64,000 bases of DNA from Tubulanus polymorphus. Its lineage: Eukaryota > Animalia > Nemertea. The DNA lies in NCBI RefSeq assembly GCF_964204645.1, contig NC_134025.1, forward strand, positions 24,284,299-24,348,298. Reading direction: 5' to 3'. The notes beneath the pieces are model-generated. The model was not told the DNA's origin and ran no database searches. It saw only the letters and a program-made list of their open reading frames with translations. A program made the translations under genes and the position numbers. Shown one piece after another: positions 1-14,156 of the stretch; the first letter of the stretch is position 1, and every line of letters starts with the position of its first letter.

Positions 1-1683
1 TGTGGATACGGCGCACTCGACTTCGAATTCGGAGGCCAATTGCGGGCGCCCAGGTGTGCGAATCACACAAAATACCCTCTGTATTAGAGCTCCTGGTTGT
101 GTAGTTCGTATACACGTTGCATAATTTCGTGTTTTTAAGGAGACAAAGAAGAATTCGTTTTGTTCTAATACTAAGTCAAAACCGTCGCGGACATGAACGA
201 AATCATGACCAATGTTCGGCGATCGAATTCGGCCACCGGACCTCCAGGTAAACATTTTATTGTTTGCTTCATTTAGAAAAGTCTATTGTGATATATATTA
301 TGTAAATTACGCCGCGACCTATTGACATATGAAAGAAATATAAAAATTTCAGCATGCGCAATACTGGAGATCTCTTGTAAAATGGCGACGTTTGACATCA
401 TATAATTACGAACTAAACATACGAATAACTACCAAATATAAGCTTTGCGAAATGAAACGATATCATATCTTTATTTATATATTTTTATATGACGCACGCA
501 GCTGCTCCCTCTCGAAGCTAGCATTTATACAGCGTTGATATTGGTAACGAAAAATACAGGCTATTTCGACGCCGACGTCGACTAAACATATCGTTACGAG
601 GCGTCTTAATTTATGGAGCACAAATCGGTCGACGTTCCGAGCATCTGCATACATAATCACATCGCTTCCGACCTAATCGAAGATTAAATTCGGCGATGAA
701 ATTTGTTTATACGGCTGAATCACGGGCAGCCGGAACTAGGAATTGAATAGGCTCTCGGTAGTTTAATCTACTTTTTACCCAACGATTTTTAAAAAACTGA
801 CACCGTTCTGTCGATCAGGCACGATGCCAAGTTTGGGATTGTCACTCGTTATTCTTAAACCGTCAATATCAAACTGAGATTCGGTTTAATAAATGCTTTT
901 ACGTGTGCTTAGTTCGTGGACAGGACTGTCGCGAAGTTGCTTTCATAATAAGTTAAAAATACGATTTCTATAGTTTGGCGCGGTGTCTCTCGCGTGGAGG
1001 AACCGCCGGCCACACGAGTAATCCTTTATAGTGTACCTGTATCATTCGTATACGACATTAAAAGTGGAGATGATTTTTATTTTGTACCACGCGCCGATAG
1101 AGTTGCCAAAGTTTGACGGCTGGCTGGCTGGATCCGTCATCTCGTGTCACAAGGAAACGCGCGCGAAACATGGCGGGCGCATTCTTCGTGTCATGCCCGT
1201 TTTGATTTCAGAGTGCCCCATTGATCGAGGTTTTGCGTACCATTTTTGAATTGAATTGGGTATTTGACGGCTGGTCTATCCGCATTATTTGTTATGGGCA
1301 TCATTAGAGAGGGTCGGGGGCGACGACCCCCCTTTTTAAATTCAAGTACCGCAAGTTCCAAATTTTGTTTTCTTCACATTCCGGAAGTATTTTCTCTTTA
1401 AAGTTCCAGCAAACACCCCTCTTAAGCTCCGAATTTAAAAAATCTAAGGACATTCAAGCAGTTTCAAGAATTCAGAAATCCTCGTTCACCTTCGGCGCTT
1501 GGCGGATACGGCGCGATGTATGGCATATACTTCCGCTGTATTAATTTTCTGACCTCCCTTTAAAAAGTCCCAGTGACCCCCCCTCCTGTTTCCCTTGTAG
1601 TTTATATGGATGCACGCGAAACTATGCTAAGAAAGCTTTCCAAGTTTCCTCTGTTTAATTCGATTCTATATAGTCTATGCTGT

Positions 1684-1869
1684 CAGTATAGACTGCGCTC
1701 AACTAAGCCGAACCTTTTGGGACCGTAAAAATGTGTCCGACTTCAGTGATATCCGAGTTGGATATGTATTATGTATTTCATTGATAGTGTCACGTAAATA
1801 TTTCAATGAACCATCCGAGTTTAACGGTTAACTCCGAGGATGGATCCGAATCGAGCGAAATCTGTTGTA
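1684..1869. mobile_element. Degenerate MITE, Tc1/mariner-pogo-like (CAGTA.. termini, internal tccga repeats)
   Basis: Imperfect terminal inverted match cagtatagactgcgctc / gagcgaaatctgttgta; repeated tccga(c/g)tt units inside. Confidence 0.45.
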
Positions 1870-2100
1870 CTTCTCAGAGAATTATTACCACGCTTGATAA
1901 CCGGATATTCGTGATTACTCGCGATGTTTTACTCAAATCCGCAAACATGGGTCAACATTTCCACGCAAGATGGTGCGAATCGGACCTCTTTCGATACTCA
2001 GTGCATCACTCCCGCCAAAAGTTGGCGCCAAGATAATTTTTTACGCGGTGAGATTTTTATCGTAAAACATCGCATATATTTAATGCTCGTTCGTATTGAT

Positions 2101-2378
2101 GATTGAATCAGATGATGATATTGCGCAGTTTTTTTTTAGCATTTTTCGATGAAAAATGAAAAGGTTACTTCCTAAAGCTTACTGTCGCTATAAGATTGGC
2201 GGAACAGTTTCAAGTCCAATAATTTCTGATTTATTCTGATTGAATCAGGTGATGATATATTGCGCATCGGTTTGATTTTTTCTCGATGAAAAATGTAAAG
2301 GTTACTTTAAAAATTACTGTCTCTATAACAGGATTGGTGGAACAGTTTCGAATCCAATTACTTCTGATTAATCTATTC
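2101..2378. repeat. Imperfect tandem duplication, two copies of ~137-140 bp
   Basis: gattgaatcag.tgatgata..ttgcgca..tcgatgaaaaatg.aaaggttactt..ttactgtc.ctataa..gattgg.ggaacagtttc..tccaat.a.ttctgatt at 2101-2237 and 2238-2378. Confidence 0.9.
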
Positions 2379-3172
2379 GGCGACATTTTCACGCGAAAAT
2401 CGCGCTTTAAACAATTGAATTAATACCAATTAGAACTACATCTTAATCATAAATCTGCTTCTGAACTTCCGATCCGTTGGATCTGCACGGAATGCGCACT
2501 GAAATCATATCATTATCATATCGAAATGAGTTCAGCTCGTCGTATCTTCTTAGCATAAAAGATGAGCTCGCCGTGTCGTTACCAACGATACGGCCAGGAG
2601 ACGCTGGTTGTTGCAGCCGCTGAGTGAAAAATCGATGACGCTCGCTCTCGTTCTATATCTCGCTTAGGTCTTTTCGAGCGCGTTACATATCAAATTAATG
2701 AGTCAAAAACACTCCGAATCTCTCCAGTGGAAACCGCACAGGGTCGTTCACGAAAATTAGTCAAAATTCTCCGAAATCTACCGAATCCATTCAGTAAAAA
2801 GTCGGATGACTTGCGCTCATTGCCAATGCGTAATCATACGATATACACGCGCGTCACGCTATCGCAGCTTTAAAGCGCGCGCTTTTCAAAAATTGTTATG
2901 GTGAATAAGATACTAAGTTGTCGCAGATGCGTCATCTTTTTGATAGTTACTTTTTTAAAAGCCGATTCATCGTTTGATATTTTTTCTACTATTCTTGGGA
3001 AAACATGCGTTGATTCAGCGCTTGAAAGAGACAGCTCAACACAGGTTTACCGTCGTATAACTTGTTCGTTCTATGTTATCTTTTATTTCGACGGATGCAA
3101 AAGAATCTGTCTATCTTTGCAGACGACCTACGAACCTTTTTCAGTTTGTTACAAAGATTTGGCCTCTTTTAA

Positions 3173-3593
3173 TTACTTTGAGTACGGATCCACCACCCAG
3201 AATTTTAAATTAAAAAACATTTTTTAGCCCTCTTATGTGTTTTCATCACAATTTTTCAATAAAGACAATTTTTTCTTGCTATGTCCGTCTTGACTTTCAA
3301 TCTAGTAACTTAGTAAAAGTTATGTTCATCTTAATTTTTGTGATTCGCAAAAAGTAGTTTTTTTCATTTCTCCCATAATTGGAATAAAATTTTCACTCCT
3401 TTTCATTTTTTCCGCAGTTTTTCCGAGGTTTTCATTTGGAAAATACTCCAAATAATAAAAATGTTTTTTATTTTTTTCCTGGCTTCCATTTTAAAACGTC
3501 TGATTATCTTAATATATAAGATTTTTTTCTATTTTAGTTTTTTACCCTTCGCCCTCCCATTATTTCTTGAAAAAAAATCCGTACTCTAAGGAG
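3173..3593. mobile_element. Non-autonomous piggyBac-like element
   Basis: TIR ttactttgagtacggat / atccgtactctaaggag flanked by TTAA (3169-3172) and degenerate TTGA (3594-3597); non-coding T-rich interior. Confidence 0.6.
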
Positions 3594-3779
3594 TTGAATA
3601 TAAGGCCTAACTTGGCAACGCAGTTGTCTGGATCTCACTAGAGATGGCGTGATGATTTCGCCTGGTTCCCGGTTCGATAATTTGGAATGTTCTGGGAGTT
3701 TAGAAACAATTGCGTGTTCTCCATTTAAGTCAGGGGACGAAGAACTATCGGTTTCGTCCTTCGTGGACGGCGTGTTCTC

Positions 3780-4146
3780 AGGGACTGGTTCCTTAGTCAG
3801 GGCTTAGACTTGTGACCGGTCTTAGACCATCTTAGCTCAATAGCCAATCTAACAACTTAAGACTAGTCTTAAAGATCAGGGCTACCAACCCTTTTAAAAG
3901 TGCTGTCATGATACAAATTGAATTTCTTTCAGTAACATTTCATTGAAATATGCAAGAATTATTCACATCAATCAGTAATCAACAGCAAGACCTTCAGTAA
4001 AATCTTTCATACTGCTGTATCGAAAAATCAAATCGGTATTTCTCGTTATAGAATAGTAACAAATACTGTAAATGAACAGTTGCCCACTCTCTGCCAATGA
4101 TTTAGGACCACTTTTGGTCTTAAGTCTCGACATGATCCGGTCCCAG
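3780..4146. mobile_element. Palindromic MITE interrupted by a nested hAT-like MITE (3878-4093)
   Basis: Outer ends cagggactggttc..gacttgtgacc / ggtcttaagtc..gatccggtcccag are inverted; inner insert cagggctaccaac..gttgcccactctctg flanked by a decayed 8-bp duplication ttaaagat / ccaatgat. Confidence 0.6.
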
Positions 4147-4485
4147 TGAAGTTGACGAAGAATCACTTGCTGGCGCTCGTTAAATTCGCTTTATCATAAT
4201 GAATTCACGAAAAAGCAAATTATTTCCGCGTGTCATCGCATAAATATTGAGAACCATGCGGGTATTGGCTTGTCGGCGTCAGCCCAGTGCGCCGGGTGAC
4301 GCGAACCGGGGTAGATTCCGAAATAAATCACACTGAAAAATATCATCCGACTTATCAGAGCGTCAAAACATGAACGCCATAAACTTCTAGGCACGCGATT
4401 TGGAAAAACATATCGGATATGATGATATTTCAACCGATAATCGAGCGGATTTTCCCGAAGTAAACGGTTTCCCCTTGAATAAATC

Positions 4486-4499
4486 CGCGCGCGCGCGCG
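4486..4499. repeat. (CG)7 tract
   Basis: cgcgcgcgcgcgcg read directly. Confidence 0.9.
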
Positions 4500-7400
4500 T
4501 TTGATTAAGAAAACTCGAATATCCTGGCTCTTTCTCCCGAGACTTTCTCCACACCCCTGAATCGTGCGACTCGCCGCAACGACTGCGAAATGTTAATGAA
4601 AGGGAGGACCTTCGGTCGGCTTGTTTTTAATTTCAATAGTAACGCGACAGGTCACCGAGCGGTCAGATTCATAAGAAATGACATGCTAATTATTGGCTTC
4701 CACAGTCAGACGTCGTTTTGCACGACGACGACGCTGTTTTCAAGGCCTTTCTGACCATGTTTTCTGTCTGTCTCATAACTCAATTTGATTCACGGAGCTG
4801 CCATTCCCTCCCGCCACGATCCACTAGGAAAGAATCCAGTTCGAAAATATACCAAAACAACATTAAAACGCATACGTTTTATATGTAACTTTGAATTTCT
4901 TTCTGATTTTCATTTTCGTACGGCGGTACTCGACGGGACTTGGCGAATTTGGAGGCTTCTTCCGAATTTTCCTCGGATTGTATTTTAATGGAGTTTGATG
5001 GGAGATTAATACTGAACAGTAGCGAATGAAAAAAAAAAACAAAACAAAAACCCGTTCGGCGCTCACAGTTGCGCGTGAGTTTTAATTGTCTGTATTCGAT
5101 GCGGTTTAAAACGTTTTCGAGTTCACCAAAATGTCAGACCGACAACAGGATCCTATCATTCGAGATAATATAATGTTTCACTTTTATTATTGAATTTCGT
5201 TTCCATTATTCGAATGCAGAGAGAAGAGGTTCCGAGCGCGCGGACGCACATGAACAGCGTCGGATTCCTTTGTTCACAATCGACAGCACGCAACTGCATT
5301 GTTTTGCCGAGTTGGATAAGAACAACCTGGCAAATATACCGCATCTCGTTGTGTTGTATACCGAAGTCGTTTTTGCGTGGGTGGATACGGCCTTTGCCCA
5401 TATCGTGGCACCTGCCGAACAACAAAACCTGTTTGTTTATCACGTGAAAAAATCCACACGGAATTTTTCTGTCTGAGTTGCTTGCAAAAATATACGCAAT
5501 TGACACAGATGCGTGAAAAGGTTTTTCCCTTGTACAAAAAGGGCGTTGAATACACACACTCCCTGATGTGTGGTTTCGTGAAAGCTATGTAGATAAACAT
5601 ACTAGTGAACTATGCCATTTTTCCTAAATACTTCTCTATTTCATCGATTAGTTAGTAATGGTTGTACAATCCTCGCTTTTTCTATATTCAGAACTGCAAA
5701 AATACATATACAAAGCCGAGTTCAAATGCTTTCCGATCAGACAGAAGTTTTACAGTCGAGAGGAATCTACGAAAAACTTACTTCGAACCTGTATATAGTC
5801 AAGTTTAACCTACGTATATACGCTTGAACACAAAAATCCGGACCAATTCCCACTGCTTTCGAGGACTATCAGTTTGATTTGAAAAGGGGACCTCAACCTA
5901 TATGACCATTCACATCAGTTGCATATCGAATGTTTTATTACAACTCGAAAGAGGTTTCATTTCTCCTAGTAAACAGATCGGATATAGGCGCTATCTACTG
6001 AATGCCGCAAAGCCACCAAGGCTGAGTCGTCATTAAGTTACCTTGTGAATGATGATATTGATGCAATGTAAGATTGTTAGGTTTTTAGTTGACTGAAATC
6101 GTCCGTTTGATACGTTTGCAACAAAGTGATGGCCACTAACAATGAAATCTATACGAAACAAGATGATAACGGATGTCCTCTTTTATGACACGAATAGAGT
6201 ATGAATTGAAAACTGGCCGAGGTCGCTCTTACGGGTATACCTGACCCATAAGAAAGGACAATTTCTATGCAAGCAAAAGAATGCACCGTTATCGGGTGCG
6301 GTTCCTTCATTTGATCATATCCTGGGTAAGTCTTCTTTTTTTCTCATCGATACTTGGAAGTTTTGCCTCGCACTGAAAACATCCGAGAAGATAGGGTTCT
6401 TAAAACGATACCTAAAAATCTTTGTTTTTTCCTATACCGATACATTGTTTATTCGGAAGATTTTTTTCCTGTTGAGATATAAACCGGGACACCTTTGATA
6501 TGTTCTTAAGACTAAAGGGGTTTTTATCTGCCGCGATACGGCTTTTTACGATGAGAAATGAATACAGGAAGTAAAGCTTCCTGATGAACGAGCACGTGTT
6601 TTCTATATATCTATACACGTACTTGCATTACGTATAAAATGCTGTTTTACTTCGAGGTAAGTATGTATTTTTAGAACGGTGATTAAGTGTAGGGCTTCAT
6701 ATTATCCGTATACAATTCAATATACTGATGATGTATTCCCATTTTTAGAATTTCCGCGTAATTTCTCCTTTTTTGACGTCAGCAAGTGTGTGAACTGCTG
6801 TGTACGATCAATGGCTTCACAACGCGATCAGTAGAAATCAGACATACATATAAGAATAAGAATTTGTCCTTGGATTTCCATGTTATATCTAAGGGTAACT
6901 ACAGTATTCATGATATGATCATATTCATGATCATGTATATACTAGCTCGAACATTCACCCAGTGAAACTACACGTGATCTTTCTTCAATTTCTTTGGATG
7001 AATTTCGGGCGAAGCGCTATCATTTTGTTTTCAAATATATACCAAGCATAAACCGTCATAAACAGTGAAATATGGTCGCGCAGAGCCGAACGAGTGGAAA
7101 ATATAGCCGCACTTGGTAAATTTTTCGCCAATCAGATAATCACAGGCATCGTACGGATGTATTCAAAAACTATACTCGCGCATTTAGCGGTGAAACTTGA
7201 AAAACGCCGAACCACTTCAGCCGTTCCTTGAGTTTGTCAGAAGAGACGCGAGAGCGACCAATTCAGATCACATACATCTCATATTCATAAACCGGCACAA
7301 GATTTACACAGTTCTATCCGCATCGGAAGAGAGACCGTGACCCCTATATCGCCGGTTCTTGGAAATATTTGATTTGATATATAGATATAAACATAAATAT

Positions 7401-10400
7401 ATTTATAGATGTACATAGATATATATAATATGTATGATTTACCGTGTAAACAAGAATATCACGGGGCATTCAAATTTCGACTCGGGGGCCCCTGGATTGA
7501 ATAAATTTTCCATCATAAACTTCCGGTTGACGTTTTCACGTCTTTCGACGGCCGACTCGGAAGAATTTACTATATCCCGATTCCTCGGCGATGTTTTCCG
7601 AGCGATGATTGATAGCGATTTCGTCCATTAATAAGCTTGTTAATGCTTCGAACCTGTATTTATCGCCCACAGTATAGCCCCCCGTATGTGTAAACAGACC
7701 CTCTCGTTATCCTCGGCATATCTTCCGGCGTTGTCTCGTGTCGTAAAATCCCGCGTCGCCAAGGAAAGTCAACTAATACTTATATTTGTCGGCGCGGGCG
7801 AACATCGACTGCTGGTGTGTTTAAACACGTTTGATGATGATAATTTCCCGTTGAATATTTATCGATACATATGTATAGGGATCCACGTATTAATTGATGG
7901 CAAGAGTATTGTAATGCTCCTGATATTTTTGTAGCGGGAGTCTACCAAGAAATGACATAAATCTACGCGCGCAAACGTGACAGTAATTTCAATAAAAGAT
8001 TGATTCTGTTCGTTTTTAATTCGCAGTATACGCGATTTGCGTCGAGTTGTGGACTTATATTAATCGGAATTAATTAATCTTCTATTAAAGGCGTCTCGAA
8101 TTGACTAAAAATCCGGTGTGCATTTCGAAAAATCGTTGGCCATTATATGAAATGGTTCACCTGAAACGTAGCATTGCGTCAGGTCTAACGAGTGTATGGA
8201 AGACTGTACCTTTAGTAGCAACTATCATATTTATCGTTTATTTTACACAAATTTTGCCATTCCTCTACATTCGGGACGAATAATTTCAAGAGTTATAATT
8301 TTATTGTAAGAAAAAGTGAATATGAACGCAGTTTTGTGCCTTTTGATTCGCTTCGACTTTTACGAAGGGAACGGTGTCCGTCAATGGATCATCCAATTTC
8401 CATGACCTATCAAAAAGAATGTTCGGATTATAGTGTCCTCCAAAAGTATATATGTACTATAGTGGGATTTCGCAAATACCTTGATGTACACGTTCGACAA
8501 TCTCGGTTTAGGCGAAAAATAAGTGTATGAAGAATATTTTTCACTAATGTGCCACGATTCATTATGAAAGTCACGGCTTTGACTCGTGTCGAAACGACTT
8601 TGTTAATGTGTTTTTCACTAAAGATTTGGTTATCTATGTGTTGTTTTGCACGTTGCCATCGTCGACTCCCGTTTATTAATGGATTTCAGATTATTTCTCT
8701 AGATTCAATTAAGGCTCACTCTTGAGGAGGCTAAAAACCGGTCCAGCAAACGAGTAGTAATCTTCTCTATGCGAGGCCGAATCATTTTCTTTCGCTGGAG
8801 ATCCATACATTGTGGGGGTTCGTTATCTAAAGTCTTAGCGACTATAGCGCTGTTTTTTTCCTGGGGCGGGAAGGGGGCCATTCGCGTTTCCTCGACAAGC
8901 GGAAATAGGTCAATGTCTCGAACGCGGCCAAATATTGTAGGACGCAGTTTTGTCATTACGACCTTGTTCGAGTTCTATGGTTATTAATAACACGATTTTT
9001 CCAAGACGTGTTTGGCCACAATAAGGCACTGACCGCCAGAGGGCCAACAGTTGAATATAACGCTCAAATATCGGGCGCGTATGAGGGATATACACATATA
9101 TATTTATATACATTGCAGAGATTTATTTCCATCACCAAAGTCGTGAATGTTATGAAGCACTTCGGATGAGACATCCATCATCTCAGCGGCCAAGCACATG
9201 CATCATATTATATGCGATTGCATTGAAGAATCGTATGAATGAATGAATATTTCTCAATTCGGAAATGATAATCACCTCACGTTTGAAATTTTCACAAAGG
9301 GCTTCAGACGATCAGAATTCGAAGAAAAAACGTCAGCAGAGCGTGATTTCAATGGCGTGCACAAGTATGCAGCTGCACGGTCGACCTTTTCAAAATTCGT
9401 GAATTAAAACAGGTTGCCGAATGCGCATTGATGCCCGTTGTTGAATTCATATCTCTGTGTTATTATCGACGTCGAGAAATGATGATGATGCACTGAAAAG
9501 GCATTTAGTATCAAATGCATACGCGTACAATTTCGAATACTTTGTTCGAATGTTTTCGAGCAGTTTATACCGCGCGGCCCGCATCGCACTAAAAAGGAAA
9601 CGAGTTTTCATTGTGCCTTGTTTTATGGGTTTCGTATGAAAATTGCCGAACGAATATTTTCGATGTACACACACTATAAACCGCACTTACCGAAGATTTT
9701 ATATGAGCCGTCGATTGAAACCGGTAAAAAGGATCTTGCTCCAACGACCGACGGTGTCATTTACTGGTGGCAGCTTCTGAGAATTATATTTTGACAAATG
9801 CGAGCTATTGTATCGACGACGGTGTCTGGGAGAGCCGGCGGTCGGTCACTCTGAGACTCCAATGTGGCCTTGTTTCGGCGTCTGTCGTGTCGGATATCGG
9901 AGTTCACCCAGCGGACCATTCGTGCCATCCTTTTGATCGGGTTTGACCCGAGTGATTTATGACGAATTCTCGCGAAAAAGATCCCATAGAGAGTATTTTT
10001 CTCAAAAAGCGATTAACGTCAGGGCCTCGGTTTGCGTGCATGTACATCGAGCATAGCAAGGACTAGGACGGAGAGGACATATGCACATTACGAGTAATAA
10101 AATATAACAGTGAATGGATATAAGATTCGTCGAAATTTGTTCCGAACTTACAATATTTGTTAGAAAATGAGAAGTTAGACATGTATTGATGATATAAAAG
10201 ACAAAGGTAGGTTATTTGATACATTTCCCACATTTCCAACGGTGTACACAAGCCTAGGGTGGTAAGGCGGCATAGAGAATGAAATTGAAAAGAAAATACG
10301 GAAAAAATCTTATACAGGAATGGGATCACAATAGATGAATATATAGCGCGGAAGTTCTTTCGTAGTCGGCGCCGAATAACAGAAACAGAAGACATAAATT

Positions 10401-12799
10401 GAACGAATCAGAAATCATTTTTGGCAAGCTCTATGTACTTGTAAAATGAGCTCAGACTCGGCTGATGATGAATCGGCAAAATAATTCAATATACACAAGA
10501 AAAAAGCATGTACGATGATCGGATTATTATTATCATACATGGCGTGAATCCATTCAGTTGCTGGCGAGATTCACAACTAAAATATACTGAATTAAAATCT
10601 ATGAATATGTATACGCAAGTTCAATGAAACGGATGCGTATATATATATGTATATATTTCTGTAGTAAACTTTGAAACAACAGACGCCAAATATACGATTT
10701 GTGTAGATGTTACCTTGCTATTTGGTGTAATGTGTCATCTGACCTCCGCTCCGTTCGATGACCTTGCCTTTTGCGATGGGTGATTTTTAAGAAGGTTGCC
10801 AGCGTTCCGTGCCGCGTATTTCGAACTCCCAGCTCGGCTTGCAGTGCGGCTGCTATCGCGTACGTACCATCTGCAAATGTCCAAACAGTCGACAAACCGT
10901 TATACAAAGGAGTCATCGCTGTGGTTTGACTAGCGTTTGATGGGGCAGAATTCCGATACTTTTTTATTTAAAAATAGTCACTGGTAGCATCATCGCCGAG
11001 CATTTATACGTTTTGGAGGAGATGAAAGGCCAATGAAAAACAACATTTCAGTGCCAACAGTCGTTCTTGCCTGGGACGCCATTATGCTAATTAACTGCAG
11101 TTTCCCCCGGGCCTCTGATTTCAGGGAAGCCGGTCGTATTTTTATTATCCTTGCACTCTTTCACCAATGGCGCGCATCTCGTTCCTGCGACAAGGCGATC
11201 ATGTCAGCTGAAACGACGAGCGCCGCTGCAGTATATTATCATAAATGCAATTTCTGTCCTGGGCCATTCGGCAGGTCATTGGCACCGGTCCAGAGGCCCG
11301 GGCAACGTCTACTGAGCCATGTGACACGAAATCACCAAACCAGCCTCGGTAATTCGATCTTAAAATGTCACGAACCTCATCAGAATCGAGGGATTCGACA
11401 TATTTATGGCTACCACCCGCAATATATATGATCATACAATGAGCTCAGACGCATTAATTGGCCCAGAGATATCTCATGCGATCAGACTCAAGGCCACGAC
11501 ACAATTTATATTTTTTTCTGGCTCCCTTCCCGCCACAAGTGCGATACTCACCCACAGAACGACAGCACCCATCCATCCGGGCATCTCTACGTCACGGCAG
11601 CCATTTGCATTTTCAGGAAAGCTAATACCCGGAGTAGATGCCGGTCATCCATTGATGATGCTGCAGTACGCGCGGCACAAAGGTACAAAGACAATGGATG
11701 TGGATGTGACTGAAAGCCGCGTGCAATGCAAGGAGTATTCGCCTGTCACTGCTGCTACTAGCTATTCGCTAACTTATTCCAAATATATAGATAAGATTTC
11801 TGAAGATACTCGCGGACGTCACGAAATCAATAGTAGAGCATAAGTTTGAAATGAATTGTTCGTCACTTGCGACCTTCGCCGAAGCAATTAAGTAGGCTCC
11901 CTGGACGCAATAGTTATATCCATAATCATGTTTCTTTAGTGCGCTTGGGAGTCGTGAAAATATAATTCATCGATGCATTAACAATACACCGAGGTCCGAT
12001 AATGTTCCTTAAAAACCAACATTTTGGCCCAGCTTGGGTAATTTCTCGCGACGAGGGTTTCTCTATAAATCCCCCGTATCTGATCTCCATTTGGATGGTG
12101 CTTAACCTCCTTATAACAATTAAACATCATCCATAAAAGTCGCAAAGTCTTTTCACGCTATGCGGAATGTATCCAGGCTTTATTGACGTTTTCCCCCATA
12201 AAAATGGACGATATATTACCCTCTATCCATCAGCCGCATCAATCCCGACTCCACCATTGTACCCGAGCAAATATACTATCCGACGAATAATTGCCGCGAC
12301 GATTTTTACAAATAACAAATCCACAAACATTTCCGCCACGCGGATGTGCGCAGACAGGACATAGTATAGTGCAAAAGGGCATATTTTGACATTACTATGC
12401 GGGTTGAATTCCTGAGCTTCCATCCTACTATCATATGCATGTCTTTTTCAGCATCGAATCCGGAATCTTTTTGTGCTACAAGCATCTATATCTCCAACTT
12501 CCATCGTGATATATTGTAATCGGTCATAACGTGTCCACGATGGAAAGCCCTTCTGTCGCTATGTATGGTTTTTGAGATGTCGATGTCCTTTGGTCATTAA
12601 CGCGGCCAGTTACGCTAGTGCTTATGTTCATATTCAACAGAATGAAATATCTCCGGGTTCAAAATGAAACGAATCAAACCGTACGACCTCCTAAACATCA
12701 TCATTTCAGAGCTAGTGTTATATCGTAAATATCAAAACAATCCATCACACATGTATAAATCGTGTAACTGTCGAATATGGAAGCACCGGTCTTAGCATA

Positions 12800-12802
<3 letters not shown>

Positions 12803-12837
<35 letters not shown>
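12803..12837. repeat. (TA)n microsatellite
   Basis: About 17 uninterrupted TA units. Confidence 0.95.
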
Positions 12838-12839
<2 letters not shown>

Positions 12840-13918
12840 TGTGTATCGCGCACCACATGTGTACATGCAACGGCTCTCATCGATAAAGTAATGAATTATG
12901 CGAATTCCAATTCACTTCTTCATTATTTTCCATAATAAAGAGCAACCTCTGGACACGTTGAGAGAAATGAATCGAACCTATCTTTATTCCTGGGTCTTCG
13001 CTTTACAAGATATGTAACCATATACTTTATTATCTATATATCCAAAACGTTGACGTTTGGTAGAGTTGAAAAAGCCATCGAAAATATAGATTCCTTTTTC
13101 CTTAAATCGCTTTGTTGTATCAACGTATGTTGCTCTATGCAATGATTCGGCAATATTTGATTTTTCCCCCTCAATCAGTCACTGCAGCCGAGATCACACG
13201 CTCACAAAAACATTGTCGCGCATTGAATTCCTTTTTTAAGAGTGACCTATTTTTTTGTACTCAATCCGGTTAGTCGTCACTTGTATCGGATTCCAAGGAC
13301 ACAGTGGCGGCGATCTGTTGGAGCCCGCAAAACAGGCATAAAACGCGATGAGGTGATTGTGACACCTTGTGTTTTCAAACGGCCATTATATACGATAATG
13401 TATTGATCTTTAAGTGTAAATTGTGAATATAAATCCAGACGCGAAATGTACAGAAATTGTATCGAAATCCTCTTTTTATGATGTATATGGCTTTGTTTGA
13501 ACTTATTAGAGCGTTTGATATGAAACCTTGATATTGAGATAATCTATTGTACAGTCTTTTACAAATTTTCCGAACCCTATGTATATCTAATTGAAATTGC
13601 AAGATATAGACATATCTCATATTATATATCTATACATTCGACAATAGATCGAAAGATTTTTTATACGTCGTTTTAGGTCAGTAAATCATTCATCAGATAT
13701 ATACCGATGTAGGCCTATATGTAGGCCTACACTAGTCAACGAAAAAATGGCGAAATGTCAACTTAGCGCTATACGAATTTTATTGCTAACATTCCGAATA
13801 TTGTCTAGGAAATGATCGTACTCAAATGCAGGTCTACACGATTTTCTATTGTCTAAAATATCATTAGAAGTAGTTCTCGTCGTCAAAATGATGCTCATGA
13901 TAAGATATCGTTCAATTC

Positions 13919-14156
13919 AAGGGCAGAGGAAAATTGGAAGGTATTCTCGAATTAGGCAGCCATGTCGAAAGAACTTCAATGGAGTCCGTCCATCTAGGAC
14001 AAAATATATTATGGAATAATTCCACCGTCAAAGATGCAATTTCTGAGAGGATGAGGTTCAAATTTAAAGATTTTAACGATTGCTGTCTTCACGAAAAAGT
14101 CAGGCAACCTCAATGGTAAAGCAGGGGTCCCAGACCACCCCCTAAATCCGCCACTG
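13919..14156. mobile_element. Dispersed MITE-like repeat, copy 1
   Basis: Shares aggaaaattggaagg ... aatttc.gagag.atgag ... acgaaaa ... ggcaac.tcaatgg ... accaccccctaaatc with 39243-39500; right end taaatccgccactg. Confidence 0.75.

Noticed and set aside
2101-2378. Repeat array as CRISPR or other prokaryotic system
   Set aside because: Two long diverged copies without spacers, in clearly eukaryotic intron-containing DNA with no cas genes.
5156-5600. Five overlapping ORFs on both strands
   Set aside because: No family similarity or coherent exon boundaries.
11033-11843. Overlapping ORFs of 132, 145 and 78 aa
   Set aside because: No recognisable domain or convincing splice context; ORFs on both strands are expected in a locally GC-richer patch.
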